A stretch of 64,000 bases of DNA from Roseburia hominis. Its GTDB lineage: Bacteria; Bacillota; Clostridia; Lachnospirales; Lachnospiraceae. A model generated the notes under the pieces. The model made no database searches and had not been told where the DNA came from. It was given only the letters and a program-made list of their open reading frames with translations. Each line of letters opens with the position of its first letter. Position 1 is the first letter of the stretch. The stretch lies in assembly GCA_021771815.1 (NCBI GenBank), contig JAETOE010000015.1, positions 3,778 to 67,777 of the forward strand. Reading direction: 5' to 3'. Made by a program: the position numbers and the translations under genes. Of the stretch, positions 28,146 to 39,672 are shown piece by piece.

Positions 28146-29474
28146 TCAATCATTCAAAAATCCTTTATAGTAACGAACACGCATCTGTGATTCGATTTGC
28201 TTTAAGGTCTCAATCACGACACCGACGATAATGATGATAGATGTACCTCCAAAAGATACGTTCGCACCAAACACGCCGTTAAAGAAAATCGGAATGAACG
28301 CGATAAATGCAAGCGCTACCGCTCCTATAAAGACAACATAGTTCAGAATCCGGTTCAGATAGTCGCTGGTTGGCTTTCCCGGTCTGATACCCGGAATAAA
28401 GCCGCCTGCCTTCTTCATATTATTTGCAATCTCCAATGGATTGAATGTAATAGATGTATAAAAGTAAGCAAACGCAATAATCAATACAATATATACCAAA
28501 AGTCCGATCGAATAAATCGGCTCGCTTGGCTTGCACCAATTCGACTGCGACATACCTCTTAAAATCTTACTTCCAATACCGGTTCCGTTTCCCTTTCCAA
28601 GCAGGCTCGCGATAATGACCGGAGTCTGTAACAGGGACTGTGCAAAAATGACCGGAATTACGCCGCCCGTATTGACCTTTAACGGGATGTAGGTCGACTG
28701 ACCTCCAACCTGTTTTCTTCCCTGAATCTTCTTGGAATACTGAACCGGAATTCTCCGCTCGCCGCCCTGCAAAAATACGACAAACAATACCATTGCAACG
28801 ATGATTGCAACAATAATAACTGCCGCTAAAATTGCTTTCGGCACATCCTTTCCGGCGATGAACTGCTCATAAAGCGTACCGATATCATCCGGCATACGTG
28901 AGATAATATTGATGGTAAGTACGATGGAAATACCATTTCCGACGCCCTTCTCCGTGATTCTCTCACCGATCCACATAAGCACTGCAGATCCCGCCGTCAA
29001 AGTGAAGATGACCATAATGATATCAAGAACGCCCTGGTACCCTTCACTGAACTCCAGATAACCACCGCGCCGGAAGCCGATCGTCATGGCAATCGCCTCG
29101 ATCAATGCCAACGCAACTGTCAGATATCTGGTAATCTCTGCGATCTTCTTGCGGCCTTCCTCTCCGTCACGCTGCATTTCTTCCAATTTCGGAATCGCGA
29201 TTGTAAGAAGCTGCATAATGATGGATGATGTAATATACGGATTAATGTTCAATGCAAAAATTGTCATTCTGGAAAATGAACCACCCGTTATGGCATCAAA
29301 AAAGCCCATTCCATCTGCGGTCTGACTCGCAAACCAATTCGCAAATACTTCGCTGTTCACACCAGGAATCGGAAGACAACTCCCGATTCTGATGACGATT
29401 AACATTATAAATGTGTAGATAATCTTGTTGCGAATATCTTTAATCTTAAATGCATTACGGAGTGTTTCCAGCAT
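28146..29474 (-). CDS. secY: preprotein translocase subunit SecY
   Basis: 442 aa, 10 TM, synteny. Confidence 0.95.
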   Translation of the reverse strand: MLETLRNAFKIKDIRNKIIYTFIMLIVIRIGSCLPIPGVNSEVFANWFASQTADGMGFFDAITGGSFSRMTIFALNINPYITSSIIMQLLTIAIPKLEEMQRDGEEGRKKIAEITRYLTVALALIEAIAMTIGFRRGGYLEFSEGYQGVLDIIMVIFTLTAGSAVLMWIGERITEKGVGNGISIVLTINIISRMPDDIGTLYEQFIAGKDVPKAILAAVIIVAIIVAMVLFVVFLQGGERRIPVQYSKKIQGRKQVGGQSTYIPLKVNTGGVIPVIFAQSLLQTPVIIASLLGKGNGTGIGSKILRGMSQSNWCKPSEPIYSIGLLVYIVLIIAFAYFYTSITFNPLEIANNMKKAGGFIPGIRPGKPTSDYLNRILNYVVFIGAVALAFIAFIPIFFNGVFGANVSFGGTSIIIIVGVVIETLKQIESQMRVRYYKGFLND

Positions 29475-29923
29475 TAGATCACCTCTGCTTTTCCACCAAG
29501 AGCCTCAATTTTTTCTTTTGCGCTTGCGCTGAATGCATCTGCCTGAACAGTGAGTTTCTTAGTAAGTTCGCCATTGCCAAGGATCTTAACGCCGTCTCTC
29601 GGGTTCTTTACGATCCCTGCCTCGATCAATGTATCAACAGAAACTACTGTGTCATTCTCGAAAGCTTCAAGAGCTGAGAGGTTGATTCCGACGATTGTCT
29701 TGGAGTTTCTGCACTTGAAACCTCTCTTCGGCAATCTTCTGTATAATGGCATCTGACCACCTTCGAAACCTGGTCTTGGTGCCCCGGAACGAGCCTTCTG
29801 TCCCTTATGTCCCTTACCAGCAGTCTTACCATTTCCTGATCCGTGTCCGCGTCCTCTTCTGAAATTATCACTCTGCGCAGAACCTGCAGCTCCCTGTAAA
29901 TTTGATAAGTCCATTACCGACAC
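29474..29923 (-). CDS. rplO: 50S ribosomal protein L15
   Basis: Sequence and synteny. Confidence 0.95.
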   Translation of the reverse strand: MSVMDLSNLQGAAGSAQSDNFRRGRGHGSGNGKTAGKGHKGQKARSGAPRPGFEGGQMPLYRRLPKRGFKCRNSKTIVGINLSALEAFENDTVVSVDTLIEAGIVKNPRDGVKILGNGELTKKLTVQADAFSASAKEKIEALGGKAEVI

Positions 29924-29940
29924 CTCCTTATCCTGTTATT

Positions 29941-30126
29941 TTAAACTTCTTCTACTTTCACATACGGTGCGACCTTGCGAAGTGCGCCTGCTGTTGCGGC
30001 GTTGTCCGGCAACTCAACTGTCTTATACAGCTTCGTCAGACCGAGTGCTTCGATGGTCTTCTTGTTCTTCGGAACAGCACCGATGGTTGATTTTACTAAT
30101 GTTACTTTCAGTTTCTTCTCTGCCAT
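29941..30126 (-). CDS. rpmD: 50S ribosomal protein L30
   Basis: Start ATG 30126 (MAEKKLKVTL) follows GGAGGAATATAAG. Confidence 0.93.
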   Translation of the reverse strand: MAEKKLKVTLVKSTIGAVPKNKKTIEALGLTKLYKTVELPDNAATAGALRKVAPYVKVEEV

Positions 30127-30140
30127 CTTATATTCCTCCA

Positions 30141-30650
30141 TTAGCCTACGATCTCTTCTACGGACTTACCGCGAAGCTTTGCTACTTCTTCCGGAGACTT
30201 TAACTGGCTCAAAGCATTGATTGTAGCCAGAACAACGTTCTGCTTATTGTTGGAGCCTAAGGACTTGGTACGGATATTCTTGATACCTGCAAGCTCACAT
30301 ACGTTACGAGCAGGACCGCCTGCGATGATACCAGTACCTTCCGGGGATTTCTTAAGCAATACAGAAGCTCCTGTATGCTTTCCTGTAACATCATGTGTAA
30401 TGCTGTCAACCTCATCAAGCTTTACAGTGATGAGCTTCTTCATGGCATCCTCTTTTCCCTTACGGATCGCTTCCGGGATCTCGGCTGCCTTACCTAAACC
30501 TGCACCAACATGGCCATTGCCATCGCCGACAACAACTAAAGCTGTAAAACGGAAGTTACGTCCACCTTTAACAACTTTTGTTACACGTTTGATTGACACT
30601 ACTTTTTCTTCTAACTCTAACTGACTAGCATCAATAATTTCACGTCTCAT
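30141..30650 (-). CDS. rpsE: 30S ribosomal protein S5
   Basis: Sequence and synteny. Confidence 0.95.
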   Translation of the reverse strand: MRREIIDASQLELEEKVVSIKRVTKVVKGGRNFRFTALVVVGDGNGHVGAGLGKAAEIPEAIRKGKEDAMKKLITVKLDEVDSITHDVTGKHTGASVLLKKSPEGTGIIAGGPARNVCELAGIKNIRTKSLGSNNKQNVVLATINALSQLKSPEEVAKLRGKSVEEIVG

Positions 30651-30667
30651 GTTTGCGTTTCCTCCTT

Positions 30668-31036
30668 CTAGAACTCTAATCCAGCTTCTCTTGCTGCTTC
30701 GGCTAAAGCCTTAACTTTTCCCTGATATATGAAACCGCCGCGATCAAATACAACCGTGTTAATACCCTTGTCTAATGCTTTCTTAGCGATTACAGTACCA
30801 AGCTTTGCTGCTGCGTCGACGTTATTCGTCTTCTCCAGATCTGCCTTTACGTCCTTGTCGAGCGTGGAAGCAGACACAAGTGTATTTCCGACTGTATCAT
30901 CAATAATCTGAGCGTACATATGATTATTACTTCTGAACACAGCCAGGCGTGGTCTTACCGCAGTGCCTGCGAGATGATGACGCATTCTTCTATGCTTATT
31001 TTCGCGAACTGCTGTTCTTGATTTCTTACTAACCAT
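30668..31036 (-). CDS. rplR: 50S ribosomal protein L18
   Basis: Sequence and synteny. Confidence 0.95.
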   Translation of the reverse strand: MVSKKSRTAVRENKHRRMRHHLAGTAVRPRLAVFRSNNHMYAQIIDDTVGNTLVSASTLDKDVKADLEKTNNVDAAAKLGTVIAKKALDKGINTVVFDRGGFIYQGKVKALAEAAREAGLEF

Positions 31037-31054
31037 TTTTCGTCACTCCTTTAA

Positions 31055-31594
31055 TTATTTCTTACCAGTCTTACCAACTTTACGTCTGATAACTTCATCA
31101 GCATACTTGATACCCTTGCCCTTATACGGTTCAGGTCTTCTCTTATCTCTGATTTCCGCTGCGTACTGGCCGACCTTCTCTTTATCGATACCTGATACAA
31201 TGATCTTGTTTCCTTCAACTTTGGATTCAATTCCTTCCGGATCTGTCATCTCAACTGGATGAGAATAACCCAGATTCAGAGTAAGGACTTTTCCAGACTT
31301 GGAAGCTCTGTAACCAACACCGTTTACTTCGAGCTCCTTCGTATATCCATCAGTTACACCAACAACCATGTTGTTGACTAATGTTCTTGTCAATCCATGT
31401 AAGGATTTCATCTTCTTCAAATCGTTCGGTCTTGTAACGATGATCTCGCTGCCCTCTAATTTGATATCCATCTCAGATGGAAGGGTTCTCTCGAGAGTTC
31501 CCTTAGGACCTTTTACAGTCACATGATTATTTTCTGCAATATCCACTGTAACACCAGCCGGAACTGCGATTGGCATTCTTCCTATACGTGACAT
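31055..31594 (-). CDS. rplF: 50S ribosomal protein L6
   Basis: Sequence and synteny. Confidence 0.95.
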   Translation of the reverse strand: MSRIGRMPIAVPAGVTVDIAENNHVTVKGPKGTLERTLPSEMDIKLEGSEIIVTRPNDLKKMKSLHGLTRTLVNNMVVGVTDGYTKELEVNGVGYRASKSGKVLTLNLGYSHPVEMTDPEGIESKVEGNKIIVSGIDKEKVGQYAAEIRDKRRPEPYKGKGIKYADEVIRRKVGKTGKK

Positions 31595-31682
31595 GCCCGT
31601 ACCTCCTAATTTCTTACTTGTTTATTGCAACCGGAAGAACCAAAGGTTCTTCCAATTTTGTCCGTCCAATGGCGGGCAAAAT

Positions 31683-32084
31683 TTACCAGACAAATGCTAA
31701 TACTTCTCCACCAACCTGAAGCTTTCTTGCTTCCTTGTCCGTGATGATACCCTGGTTCGTGGAAAGGATTGCGATACCTAAACCGCCGAGTACTCTCGGG
31801 AGCTCATCCTTGCCTGCATATACACGAAGTCCCGGCTTGGAGATTCTCTTGAGTCCTGTGATGATCTTCTCGTTCTTGTCCGCACCATACTTTAAGGTAA
31901 TGCGGATTGTCTTAAAGTTACCATCTTCAACGATGTCGTATTTTGCGATGTATCCCTCATCTACAAGAATGTCAGCAATAGCAATTTTCATCTTAGATGC
32001 AGGAACGTCAACCGTATCATGTTTCGCAGTGTTTGCGTTACGAATTCTTGTAAGCATATCTGCAATTGGATCACTCGTAGTCAT
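31683..32084 (-). CDS. rpsH: 30S ribosomal protein S8
   Basis: Sequence and synteny. Confidence 0.95.
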   Translation of the reverse strand: MTTSDPIADMLTRIRNANTAKHDTVDVPASKMKIAIADILVDEGYIAKYDIVEDGNFKTIRITLKYGADKNEKIITGLKRISKPGLRVYAGKDELPRVLGGLGIAILSTNQGIITDKEARKLQVGGEVLAFVW

Positions 32085-32134
32085 GATGTATATTTCCTCC
32101 TTTTAATTGATTGCGGCTATATGCCGCAGGTCTT

Positions 32135-32320
32135 TTACCAGCTTGCTTTCTTAACGCCTGGTATCTGGCCCTTGTATGCTAACTCACGGAAACATACTCT
32201 ACAGATTCCGTATTTTCTTAAAACAGAATGTGGACGACCACAAATTTTGCAACGTGTGTAAGCTCTGGTAGAGAACTTCGGTTTGCGCTGCTGTTTTATT
32301 TTCATACTTGTTTTAGCCAT
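32135..32320 (-). CDS. rpsN: 30S ribosomal protein S14, type Z (zinc-binding, 61 aa)
   Basis: CxxC..CxxC (CKICG..CRVC). Confidence 0.95.
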   Translation of the reverse strand: MAKTSMKIKQQRKPKFSTRAYTRCKICGRPHSVLRKYGICRVCFRELAYKGQIPGVKKASW

Positions 32321-32336
32321 TAAGATTCCCTCCTAC

Positions 32337-32876
32337 TTATTTGGCAAATGGCATATTGAACTGTGCCAGTAATTCGCGAGCTTCTTCGTCTGTCTTAGCC
32401 GTAGTAACAAAGATAATATCCATACCACGAACCTTGTCAACCTTATCGTACTCGATTTCCGGGAAGATTAACTGCTCTTTGATTCCGAGTGCGTAATTTC
32501 CACGACCGTCAAACGCGTTCGGGTTTACACCTCTGAAGTCACGCACACGCGGTAATGCTAAGTTGATCAAACGATCCATGAACTCATACATCTTCTCGCC
32601 GCGCAGTGTTGTCTTACATCCGATTGCCATACCTTCTCTGATCTTGAAGTTTGCAACGGAATTCTTTGCCTTGGTAGCAACCGCTTTCTGTCCTGTGATT
32701 GCTTCCATATCCTTGATAGCAGCCTCTAATAATTTGGCATTTTCCTTGGCTTCACCAACGCCCATGTTGACAACGATCTTGTCGAGCTTTGGCACTTCCA
32801 TAATATTCTTATAACCGAATTTCTTGATCATAGCGTCTACGATCTCATTCTGGTACTGTTCTTTCAGTCTGCTCAC
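32337..32876 (-). CDS. rplE: 50S ribosomal protein L5
   Basis: Sequence and synteny. Confidence 0.95.
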   Translation of the reverse strand: MSRLKEQYQNEIVDAMIKKFGYKNIMEVPKLDKIVVNMGVGEAKENAKLLEAAIKDMEAITGQKAVATKAKNSVANFKIREGMAIGCKTTLRGEKMYEFMDRLINLALPRVRDFRGVNPNAFDGRGNYALGIKEQLIFPEIEYDKVDKVRGMDIIFVTTAKTDEEARELLAQFNMPFAK

Positions 32877-32898
32877 CTGATTGGCCTCCTCTCTTTAA

Positions 32899-33210
32899 TT
32901 AGTCGATCACTTCGCCTGTAGATTTTGCAAAACGTACCTTCTTGTCTCCGTCCATCTTAAAGCCAACGCGGGTAGGCTTTCCGTTGTGAAGATACATTAC
33001 GTTGGAAATATCGATCGGTCCTTCCTGGTGAACAATGCCGCCCTGCTGATTCTGCATACTTGGCTTTGTATGCTTTGTCACCATATTGACGCCCTCAACC
33101 AGTACTGTTCCTGCCTTCTTATTTACAGCGATGACCTTGCCCTCACTGTTGATATCTTTACCGGCGATAACTTTTACCATATCGCCCTTTTTAATTTTCA
33201 TGGTTGCCAT
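32899..33210 (-). CDS. rplX: 50S ribosomal protein L24
   Basis: Sequence and synteny. Confidence 0.95.
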   Translation of the reverse strand: MATMKIKKGDMVKVIAGKDINSEGKVIAVNKKAGTVLVEGVNMVTKHTKPSMQNQQGGIVHQEGPIDISNVMYLHNGKPTRVGFKMDGDKKVRFAKSTGEVID

Positions 33211-33222
33211 ATTCCGGTCCTC

Positions 33223-33591
33223 CTACAATACTTCCGGAGCTAAGGAAACAATCTTCATAAACTGTTTCTCACGAAGCTCTCTCGCTACTGGTCCAAAAAT
33301 ACGTGTTCCTCTCGGAGTCTTGTCATCCTTTATAATAACCGCTGCATTCTCATCGAACTTGATATAAGAACCATCTTTACGACGCGCGCCCTTTACGGAA
33401 CGAACAACTACAGCCTTCACAACGTCGCCCTTTTTAACAACACCGCCTGGTGTTGCATCTTTGACCGTAGCAACAATAACGTCACCAATATTCGCATATC
33501 TTCTAGTAGATCCACCCATAACACGGATAACGAGCAGTTCTTTTGCTCCTGTGTTATCGGCTACCTTAAGTCTACTTTCCTGCTGTACCAT
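33223..33591 (-). CDS. rplN: 50S ribosomal protein L14
   Basis: Sequence and synteny. Confidence 0.95.
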   Translation of the reverse strand: MVQQESRLKVADNTGAKELLVIRVMGGSTRRYANIGDVIVATVKDATPGGVVKKGDVVKAVVVRSVKGARRKDGSYIKFDENAAVIIKDDKTPRGTRIFGPVARELREKQFMKIVSLAPEVL

Positions 33592-33609
33592 GCTTGTAGC
33601 CTCCTTTAA

Positions 33610-33867
33610 TTATTTTGCTCTTTCCATGATTTCTACAAGTCTCCATCTCTTATCCTTGGATAAAGGTCTTGTTTCCATTACTCTGACTTTGTCACCGATC
33701 TTACACTCATTGTTCTCGTCATGAGCCTTCAATTTATATGTTTTCTTAACGATCTTGCTGTAGAGCGGATGTCTTACATTGTCCTGGATTGCAACAGTAA
33801 TTGTCTTATCCATCTTGTCGCTGACAACAATACCAACACGTGTTTTTCTAAGATTTCTTTCTTCCAC
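33610..33867 (-). CDS. rpsQ: 30S ribosomal protein S17
   Basis: Sequence and synteny. Confidence 0.95.
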   Translation of the reverse strand: MEERNLRKTRVGIVVSDKMDKTITVAIQDNVRHPLYSKIVKKTYKLKAHDENNECKIGDKVRVMETRPLSKDKRWRLVEIMERAK

Positions 33868-33893
33868 GACTGACTATTCTCCTTTCTGGAATC

Positions 33894-34103
33894 CTACTGC
33901 GCAACTGTTTCTTTCTCAGTAATGATGGTCTGAATTCTCGCAATGTTCTTTCTTACTTCTTTGATTCTGCTTGTATTATCTAACTGATTGGTTGCGTTCT
34001 GGAATCTCAAATTGAAAAGTTCTTTTTTAGCCTCTACTAACTGTGCATGTAAATCTGCAACAGACTGGGTTTTTAATTCTTCTAAATATTTACTAGTTTT
34101 CAT
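33894..34103 (-). CDS. rpmC: 50S ribosomal protein L29
   Basis: Start ATG 34103 ([10 protein letters not shown]) overlaps the rplP 3' end. Confidence 0.93.
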   Translation of the reverse strand: MKTSKYLEELKTQSVADLHAQLVEAKKELFNLRFQNATNQLDNTSRIKEVRKNIARIQTIITEKETVAQ

Positions 34104-34530
34104 TTGATACACCGCCTTCTAAATCCGCACGAGAAACTACTTTACATCTGCAAGGTAATTTGTGTGTAGCAAGACGTAACGCTTCTCTCGCAACGTCTTC
34201 CGGAACACCGGAGATTTCAAATAATACACGACCTGGTTTCACAACTGCTACCCAGTACTCTAAGGAACCTTTTCCGGAACCCATTCGAGTCTCTGCCGGC
34301 TTTGCAGTTACTGGCTTATCCGGGAAAATCTTGATCCAGATTTTACCGCCACGCTTCACGTAACGTGTCATAGCGATACGGGCTGCCTCGATCTGGTTAG
34401 AACGAATCCAGCACGGCTCTAAAGCAACGATACCATACTCACCATTGCTGATTGTGTTTCCTCTGGTTGCCTTTCCTGTCATGGAACCGCGGAACTGCTT
34501 TCTATGCTTTACTCTCTTTGGCATTAACAT
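34093..34530 (-). CDS. rplP: 50S ribosomal protein L16
   Basis: Sequence and synteny. Confidence 0.95.
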   Translation of the reverse strand: MLMPKRVKHRKQFRGSMTGKATRGNTISNGEYGIVALEPCWIRSNQIEAARIAMTRYVKRGGKIWIKIFPDKPVTAKPAETRMGSGKGSLEYWVAVVKPGRVLFEISGVPEDVAREALRLATHKLPCRCKVVSRADLEGGVSNEN

Positions 34531-35186
34531 TAGTTAGCTCCCCCTTCCTTATTTCCCTTTGCAGGAAGTACTTCGCCCTTGTAGATCCATACCTTAACGC
34601 CGACTTTACCATATGTGGTATCTGCCTCAGCAAATCCGTAATCGATGTCCGCTCTTAAGGTCTGAAGCGGAATCGTACCCTCAGAGTAGAACTCTGTACG
34701 AGCCATATCAGCTCCGCCAAGACGTCCGGAACAGGATGTCTTAATACCCTTTGCGCCTGCCTTCATGGTTCTTCCCATGCAGGACTTCATTGCTCTACGG
34801 AAAGAAACACGGTTCTCTAACTGTAATGCAATGTTCTCAGCTACTAACTGAGCGTCACGGTCCGGTCTCTTTACTTCCTTGATATCTACAACTAACTTCT
34901 TGTCTGTGAACTTCTGAACCTCGCCTTTGATCTTCTCGATCTCAGCGCCGCCCTTACCGATAACAACACCCGGCTTTGCGGTGTAGATGATAACCTTCAC
35001 ACGGTCAGATGCTCTCTCGATCTCAATCTTAGAAACGCCTGCTGCGTATAACTTCTTCTTAAGATAAGTTCTGATATTGTAGTCTTCCACTAACAAATCT
35101 GCGAAATCTGCTTCCGCATACCATTTAGAGTCCCAATCCTTGATTACGCCGACTCTTAAGCCATGTGGATTAACTTTCTGTCCCAT
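34530..35186 (-). CDS. rpsC: 30S ribosomal protein S3
   Basis: Sequence and synteny. Confidence 0.95.
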   Translation of the reverse strand: MGQKVNPHGLRVGVIKDWDSKWYAEADFADLLVEDYNIRTYLKKKLYAAGVSKIEIERASDRVKVIIYTAKPGVVIGKGGAEIEKIKGEVQKFTDKKLVVDIKEVKRPDRDAQLVAENIALQLENRVSFRRAMKSCMGRTMKAGAKGIKTSCSGRLGGADMARTEFYSEGTIPLQTLRADIDYGFAEADTTYGKVGVKVWIYKGEVLPAKGNKEGGAN

Positions 35187-35198
35187 AATTGACCTCCT

Positions 35199-35594
35199 TT
35201 ATTTCTCGTCCAGCACGATTGTGATATGGCTCATTCTCTTCTCGATCCTGTAAGCCCTGCCCTGTGCTCTCGGTCTGATTCTCTTCATTGTCGGTCCCTT
35301 GTTTGCGTAACACTCTGCAACATAAAGGTTCTCCGCCTTATAATTCTTCTCCGGATAATTGTTCTCAGCATTTGCGATTGCTGACTCTAACAGCTTCTTA
35401 ACCAAGCTGGAAGCATAACGCGGATTGTATGTTACGATAGCAAGCGCTGTCTGTACATCCTTTCCACGGATTGCATCTAATACGAAGCAAGCTTTCTGAA
35501 CAGACACTCTTGCATAAGATAACTTAGCGGAAGGTCTGGTATCTTTTACTTCATTTCTCTCTCTCTTAATCTGACTTCTATGTCCCTTAGCCAT
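35199..35594 (-). CDS. rplV: 50S ribosomal protein L22
   Basis: Sequence and synteny. Confidence 0.95.
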   Translation of the reverse strand: MAKGHRSQIKRERNEVKDTRPSAKLSYARVSVQKACFVLDAIRGKDVQTALAIVTYNPRYASSLVKKLLESAIANAENNYPEKNYKAENLYVAECYANKGPTMKRIRPRAQGRAYRIEKRMSHITIVLDEK

Positions 35595-35623
35595 GGATGA
35601 AACCTCCTTTCAAAAAATGTATC

Positions 35624-35905
35624 TTATCTAACGCCTGATTTCTTTTCGTCTTTTCCATGTCCTCTGTAAGTTCTTGTAGCAACGAACTCACCAAGCTTAT
35701 GTCCGACCATATCCTCTGTCACATATACCGGCACATGCTTTCTTCCGTCATGCACAGCGATGGTAAGACCAACAAACTGCGGGAAGATGGTAGAACGACG
35801 TGACCATGTCTTGATAACGCTCTTATCGCCAGATGCGTTCATAGCGTCTACTTTTTTCAGTAAGCTTTCATCTGCGAATGGTCCTTTTTTTAATGAACGA
35901 GCCAT
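35624..35905 (-). CDS. rpsS: 30S ribosomal protein S19
   Basis: Sequence and synteny. Confidence 0.95.
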   Translation of the reverse strand: MARSLKKGPFADESLLKKVDAMNASGDKSVIKTWSRRSTIFPQFVGLTIAVHDGRKHVPVYVTEDMVGHKLGEFVATRTYRGHGKDEKKSGVR

Positions 35906-35975
35906 AATTTACCTCCTAATATTATCAGTCCTTTACACGCAGCCACGTGTTTCCTCGGACTCAAAAACCTTAGTT

Positions 35976-36004
35976 ATTATATCAGAGTTCGCAGGAAGAA
36001 TCAA
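35976..36004 (-). promoter_or_regulatory. consensus-like sigma-A promoter inside the S10 operon, upstream of rpsS
   Basis: Minus strand TTGATT (36004-35999), 17-nt spacer, TATAAT (35981-35976). Confidence 0.5.
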
Positions 36005-36044
36005 TACCCAATTCTCCCTGTCTCTCTGAATCATTTTAAATTGT

Positions 36045-36135
36045 CGGGAAGAAGCCGCATTTGCTCCCCCTCATACGCCGGGAAGAAGTTGTTCTACTTC
36101 CTTCCATACGGGAAGAAGCCGCATTTGCTTCTTCC
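36045..36135 (-). repeat. three tandem hairpin-forming units of about 30-34 nt in the rplB-rpsS spacer
   Basis: CGGGAAGAAG occurs at 36045, 36079 and 36109. A 21-nt identical block CGGGAAGAAGCCGCATTTGCT occurs at 36045-36065 and 36109-36129. On the minus strand, GGAAGAAGC-AAATGCG-GCTTCTTCC forms a 9-bp stem. Confidence 0.7.
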
Positions 36136-36158
36136 GAGCACTCAAATAGCCATCGAGG

Positions 36159-37004
36159 CTATTTGAGCGCTCTGCCATCACGGCGTCTTACAATCATCTT
36201 ATTTGAAGACTTATTCTTCTTTCTGGTCTTAAGACCAAGAGCAGGCTTGCCCCACGGTGTACATGGACCCGGACGTCCGATCGGCGCACGTCCCTCACCA
36301 CCACCATGTGGATGATCATTCGGGTTCATAACAGAACCGCGTACTGTCGGGCGAACGCCCATGTGACGCTTACGTCCCGCCTTACCGATGTTTACAAGGT
36401 TGTGGTCACCGTTTCCGATGACGCCGATGGTTGCGCGGCAGTTCAGCGGAACCATACGCATCTCGCCGGACGGGAGACGCAGGGTCGCATACTTGCCTTC
36501 CTTCGCCATGAGCTGTGCGCTCATGCCTGCGGAGCGCACCATCTGTCCGCCCTTGCCCGGATGCAGCTCAATGTTGTGTACCTGTGTACCTACCGGAATA
36601 TTCTCAAGCGGTAAGCAGTTACCAACACGAACCTCTGCCTCTGCGCCGCTCATAACGGTCATACCGTCTGTCAGCCCTGCCGGAGCGAGGATATATGCCT
36701 TCTCGCCGTCTGCGTAGCAGATCAGTGCGATGTTAGCGGTTCTGTTCGGATCGTACTCGATACCGATAACCTTTGCCGGAATACCGTCCTTGCTGTTTCT
36801 CTTGAAATCGATGATTCTGTATTTTCTTCTGTTTCCACCGCCGTGATGTCTGACAGTGATCTTACCCTGATTGTTACGACCAGCATTCTTCTTCAAAGAA
36901 GTAGTAAGCGCTTTCTCCGGTGTTGTCTTCGTAATCTCGGAGAAATCAGAGCCAGTCATATTTCTTCTGGAAGGTGTATATGGGTTATATGTCTTAATTC
37001 CCAT
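36159..37004 (-). CDS. rplB: 50S ribosomal protein L2
   Basis: Sequence and synteny. Confidence 0.95.
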   Translation of the reverse strand: MGIKTYNPYTPSRRNMTGSDFSEITKTTPEKALTTSLKKNAGRNNQGKITVRHHGGGNRRKYRIIDFKRNSKDGIPAKVIGIEYDPNRTANIALICYADGEKAYILAPAGLTDGMTVMSGAEAEVRVGNCLPLENIPVGTQVHNIELHPGKGGQMVRSAGMSAQLMAKEGKYATLRLPSGEMRMVPLNCRATIGVIGNGDHNLVNIGKAGRKRHMGVRPTVRGSVMNPNDHPHGGGEGRAPIGRPGPCTPWGKPALGLKTRKKNKSSNKMIVRRRDGRALK

Positions 37005-37126
37005 TGTTGTTCTCCTTTCGATGTTTGTTATCGCGCATCGCTGCGCCTAGGTTGCTATCGGAATGAAACCCGGAAATTCCCGGCACCGCGCTCTATGGCG
37101 CAATGTCTTTCGGATTTCTTTTCGCT

Positions 37127-37426
37127 TTACAGACCAGCAAAAATCTCGATATCCTTGCTGTCTGCCGTCAAAGTAACGATAGCTTTCTTGGTCTTAGCAG
37201 TCTTACCGACTACCATACCGCGTCTCTTATTCTTGCCGTCCATGTTCATCGTATTTACGCTGGCAACCTTGGTGCCCTCGAACATCTTCTCAACTGCTTC
37301 CTTAATCATGGACTTATTTGCTTCCGGATGAACCAGGAAGGTATACTTCTTCTCAGCCATTGCTGCCATACTCTTCTCTGTTACTACCGGCTTGAGGATT
37401 ACATCATAATACTGTATATTTGCCAT
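37127..37426 (-). CDS. rplW: 50S ribosomal protein L23
   Basis: Sequence and synteny. Confidence 0.95.
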   Translation of the reverse strand: MANIQYYDVILKPVVTEKSMAAMAEKKYTFLVHPEANKSMIKEAVEKMFEGTKVASVNTMNMDGKNKRRGMVVGKTAKTKKAIVTLTADSKDIEIFAGL

Positions 37427-38046
37427 TATGCATACACCTCCTCGATCGTCTTCACAGCGTCCTTTGTCACAACGACTGTGTCATACTTCAATACATCAAA
37501 TACATTCAGCTCGTTTGTCTGAGCGGTCTTTACCGTCGGCACGTTGCTTGCAGACTTGATTACGTTCACATCCATGTCATTTAATACAACAAGCGCCTTC
37601 TCAAGCTTCAGATTATTCATAACCTCAACGAACTTCTTGGTCTTGATCTCATCAAGTTTTAACTCATCAAGAACAATGAACTTGTTCTCTGCTACTCTTG
37701 ATGTCAGAGCAGACTTTAATGCCGCTCTCTTCTCTTTCTTGTTGAGCTTGAAAGAGTAATCTCTCGGCACCGGAGCGAATACTACGCCGCCGTGTGTCCA
37801 CTGCGGAGCTCTGGTCGAACCCTGTCTTGCATGTCCGGTTCCCTTCTGTCTCCACGGTTTTCTGCCGCCACCGCTTACTTCGGAACGTGTCTTAGCCTTC
37901 TGCGTTCCCTGACGGTTGTTTGCAAGCTGCTGAAGCACTGCCATGTGTACTAAATGCTCGTTCACTTCTACTCCGAAGATAGCGTCATTTAATTCCAGGC
38001 TGTCAACTTCCTTGCCTTCCATATTATAAACAGCTACTTTAGCCAT
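37426..38046 (-). CDS. rplD: 50S ribosomal protein L4
   Basis: Sequence and synteny. Confidence 0.95.
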   Translation of the reverse strand: MAKVAVYNMEGKEVDSLELNDAIFGVEVNEHLVHMAVLQQLANNRQGTQKAKTRSEVSGGGRKPWRQKGTGHARQGSTRAPQWTHGGVVFAPVPRDYSFKLNKKEKRAALKSALTSRVAENKFIVLDELKLDEIKTKKFVEVMNNLKLEKALVVLNDMDVNVIKSASNVPTVKTAQTNELNVFDVLKYDTVVVTKDAVKTIEEVYA

Positions 38047-38075
38047 CGTTTAGTTCCTCCTTTCCTAATCGAGCA

Positions 38076-38759
38076 CTATTTACCAGCTTTTACTGTTTCT
38101 TTGATTGTTACTAAGCACTTCTTAGCACCCGGTACCGCACCTTTTACTAAAAGCAGGTTGTTCTCTGCGTCAACTCTCACAACCTCAAGATTCTGTGTTG
38201 TGACCTTAACGCTGCCCATGTGTCCAGGCATTCCTTTTCCCTTGAATACACGGCTCGGTGAGGAGCATGCACCGTTGGAACCCTGATGACGATGGAATTT
38301 GGAACCGTGAGCCATAGGACCTCTGTGCTGTCCTAATCTCTTGATAGCGCCCTGGAAACCTTTTCCCTTGGAAATTGCAGTCGCGTCAATCTTGTCGCCC
38401 TCTGCAAAAATATCAGCCTTGATGACATCGCCTAAGTTGTACTCGCCTGCGTTCTCAAACTTGAACTCTCTGACGAATCTCTTGCCGGACACGCCAGCCT
38501 TAGCAAAATGTCCCATCTCTGCCTTATTAACGCCATGTCTGTTTCTGATTTCTTTCTTGCCGTTTGCATCCTTGCTGACAACTCTTTCCTTCTTATCAGC
38601 AAATGCAACCTGCACTGCGCTGTATCCGTCGTTCTCTACAGTCTTAATCTGTGTTACAGAACAAGGACCAGCTTCCAATACAGTAACCGGTACTAAAACG
38701 CCGTCTGCATTGAAGATCTGAGTCATTCCGACTTTTGTTGCTAAAATCGCTTTCTTCAT
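38076..38759 (-). CDS. rplC: 50S ribosomal protein L3
   Basis: Start ATG 38759 ([16 protein letters not shown]) follows CAGGAGGTAAAAGT. The rest of the track ORF is spacer. Confidence 0.95.
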   Translation of the reverse strand: MKKAILATKVGMTQIFNADGVLVPVTVLEAGPCSVTQIKTVENDGYSAVQVAFADKKERVVSKDANGKKEIRNRHGVNKAEMGHFAKAGVSGKRFVREFKFENAGEYNLGDVIKADIFAEGDKIDATAISKGKGFQGAIKRLGQHRGPMAHGSKFHRHQGSNGACSSPSRVFKGKGMPGHMGSVKVTTQNLEVVRVDAENNLLLVKGAVPGAKKCLVTIKETVKAGK

Positions 38760-38986
38760 ACTTTTACCTCCTGTTTTCTCTACAGCGGAACGCTTCATGC
38801 CCAAATACCTTGGGGTAGCGGAACCGTTCATCCTAGAAAGTCTATATAAGTGGATGTGGATAAACCACATAGAATGGAGGCTTCTGCCGAACATTCCTTG
38901 CTTCTATATTAAACCCTTCAGGATATTAACTAAATCAAGATGCTATTGTGACGAAAACCATCTGGTTCTCATCGAAACGAAGAATC

Positions 38987-39304
38987 TTATTTGTTCTTCA
39001 TTTTGATATCGATGTAAACACCTGCCGGCATCTCAAGGCGGGATAATGCATCAACCGTCTTCTGGGTCGGTGTAACGATATCGATCAGTCTCTTATGAGT
39101 CCTCTGCTCGAACTGCTCACGGGAATCCTTATACTTGTGAGTTGCTCTTAAGATCGTAACAACTTCCTTCTTTGTCGGAAGAGGTACCGGTCCGCTCACC
39201 TGTGATCCGTTCTTCTTTACAGTTTCGATGATTTTCTGTGCCGATGAATCAACTAACTTGTGATCATAAGCCTTCAGAGTGATTCTCATTACTTGACTTG
39301 CCAT
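38987..39304 (-). CDS. rpsJ: 30S ribosomal protein S10
   Basis: Sequence and synteny. First gene of the cluster. Confidence 0.95.
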   Translation of the reverse strand: MASQVMRITLKAYDHKLVDSSAQKIIETVKKNGSQVSGPVPLPTKKEVVTILRATHKYKDSREQFEQRTHKRLIDIVTPTQKTVDALSRLEMPAGVYIDIKMKNK

Positions 39305-39581
39305 AAAAAAAGTCGCCTCCTTTTCGCACTTTTACCAAGCGATCTGATCGCTTTGCGTACGACAAGCGGTGACTGCACACATATCCGCGTGTATCGCAGA
39401 GCCTTGCTCTCCGACCGATATCCGCAAGCGGATACCTACACGCCATTTCTACCTTCTGTAGACGTTATTCGTGATACAGTGACTTGTCGCCAGTTTCCTA
39501 ACTTGACATTCGCTCCACGGAAAACCTGCAATCTCTGCAGCAACCTCACGCTTCAACGCTATCAATGTCACAGCAATGCTT

Positions 39582-39610
39582 AGTATACACGATGATTTCC
39601 GCAAATGCAA
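39582..39610 (-). promoter_or_regulatory. S10 operon promoter, followed by a leader of about 270 nt
   Basis: Minus strand TTGCAT (39610-39605), 17-nt spacer, TG-n-TATACT (-10 at 39587-39582). A long GC-richer leader with several hairpins precedes the rpsJ SD AAAGGAGG. Confidence 0.6.
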
Positions 39611-39672
39611 GGATTTTTTTGACATTTTTACTTTTTTTCAAAAACAACGTCACAGAAGGCGTTTCTTCTATA

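Noticed and set aside
36045-36135. Possible CRISPR array (short tandem repeats)
   Set aside because: There are only three units with a 30-34 nt period and essentially no unique spacers. They lie inside the rplB-rpsS junction, with no cas genes in the window.
22351-38721. Many 60-160-aa ORFs antisense to, or frame-shifted within, ribosomal protein genes (for example 30217-30624, 36306-36717, 38341-38721)
   Set aside because: They are shadow ORFs of highly expressed, well-conserved genes and have no independent support.
39305-39581. Known regulatory RNA in the S10 leader
   Set aside because: The leader is long and has hairpins (CTGCA-GAGAT-TGCAG, ATCCGC-TT-GCGGAT, a palindrome AAGCGATC-A-GATCGCTT). 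I cannot tie it to a defined family without a covariance-model search, so only the promoter is annotated.
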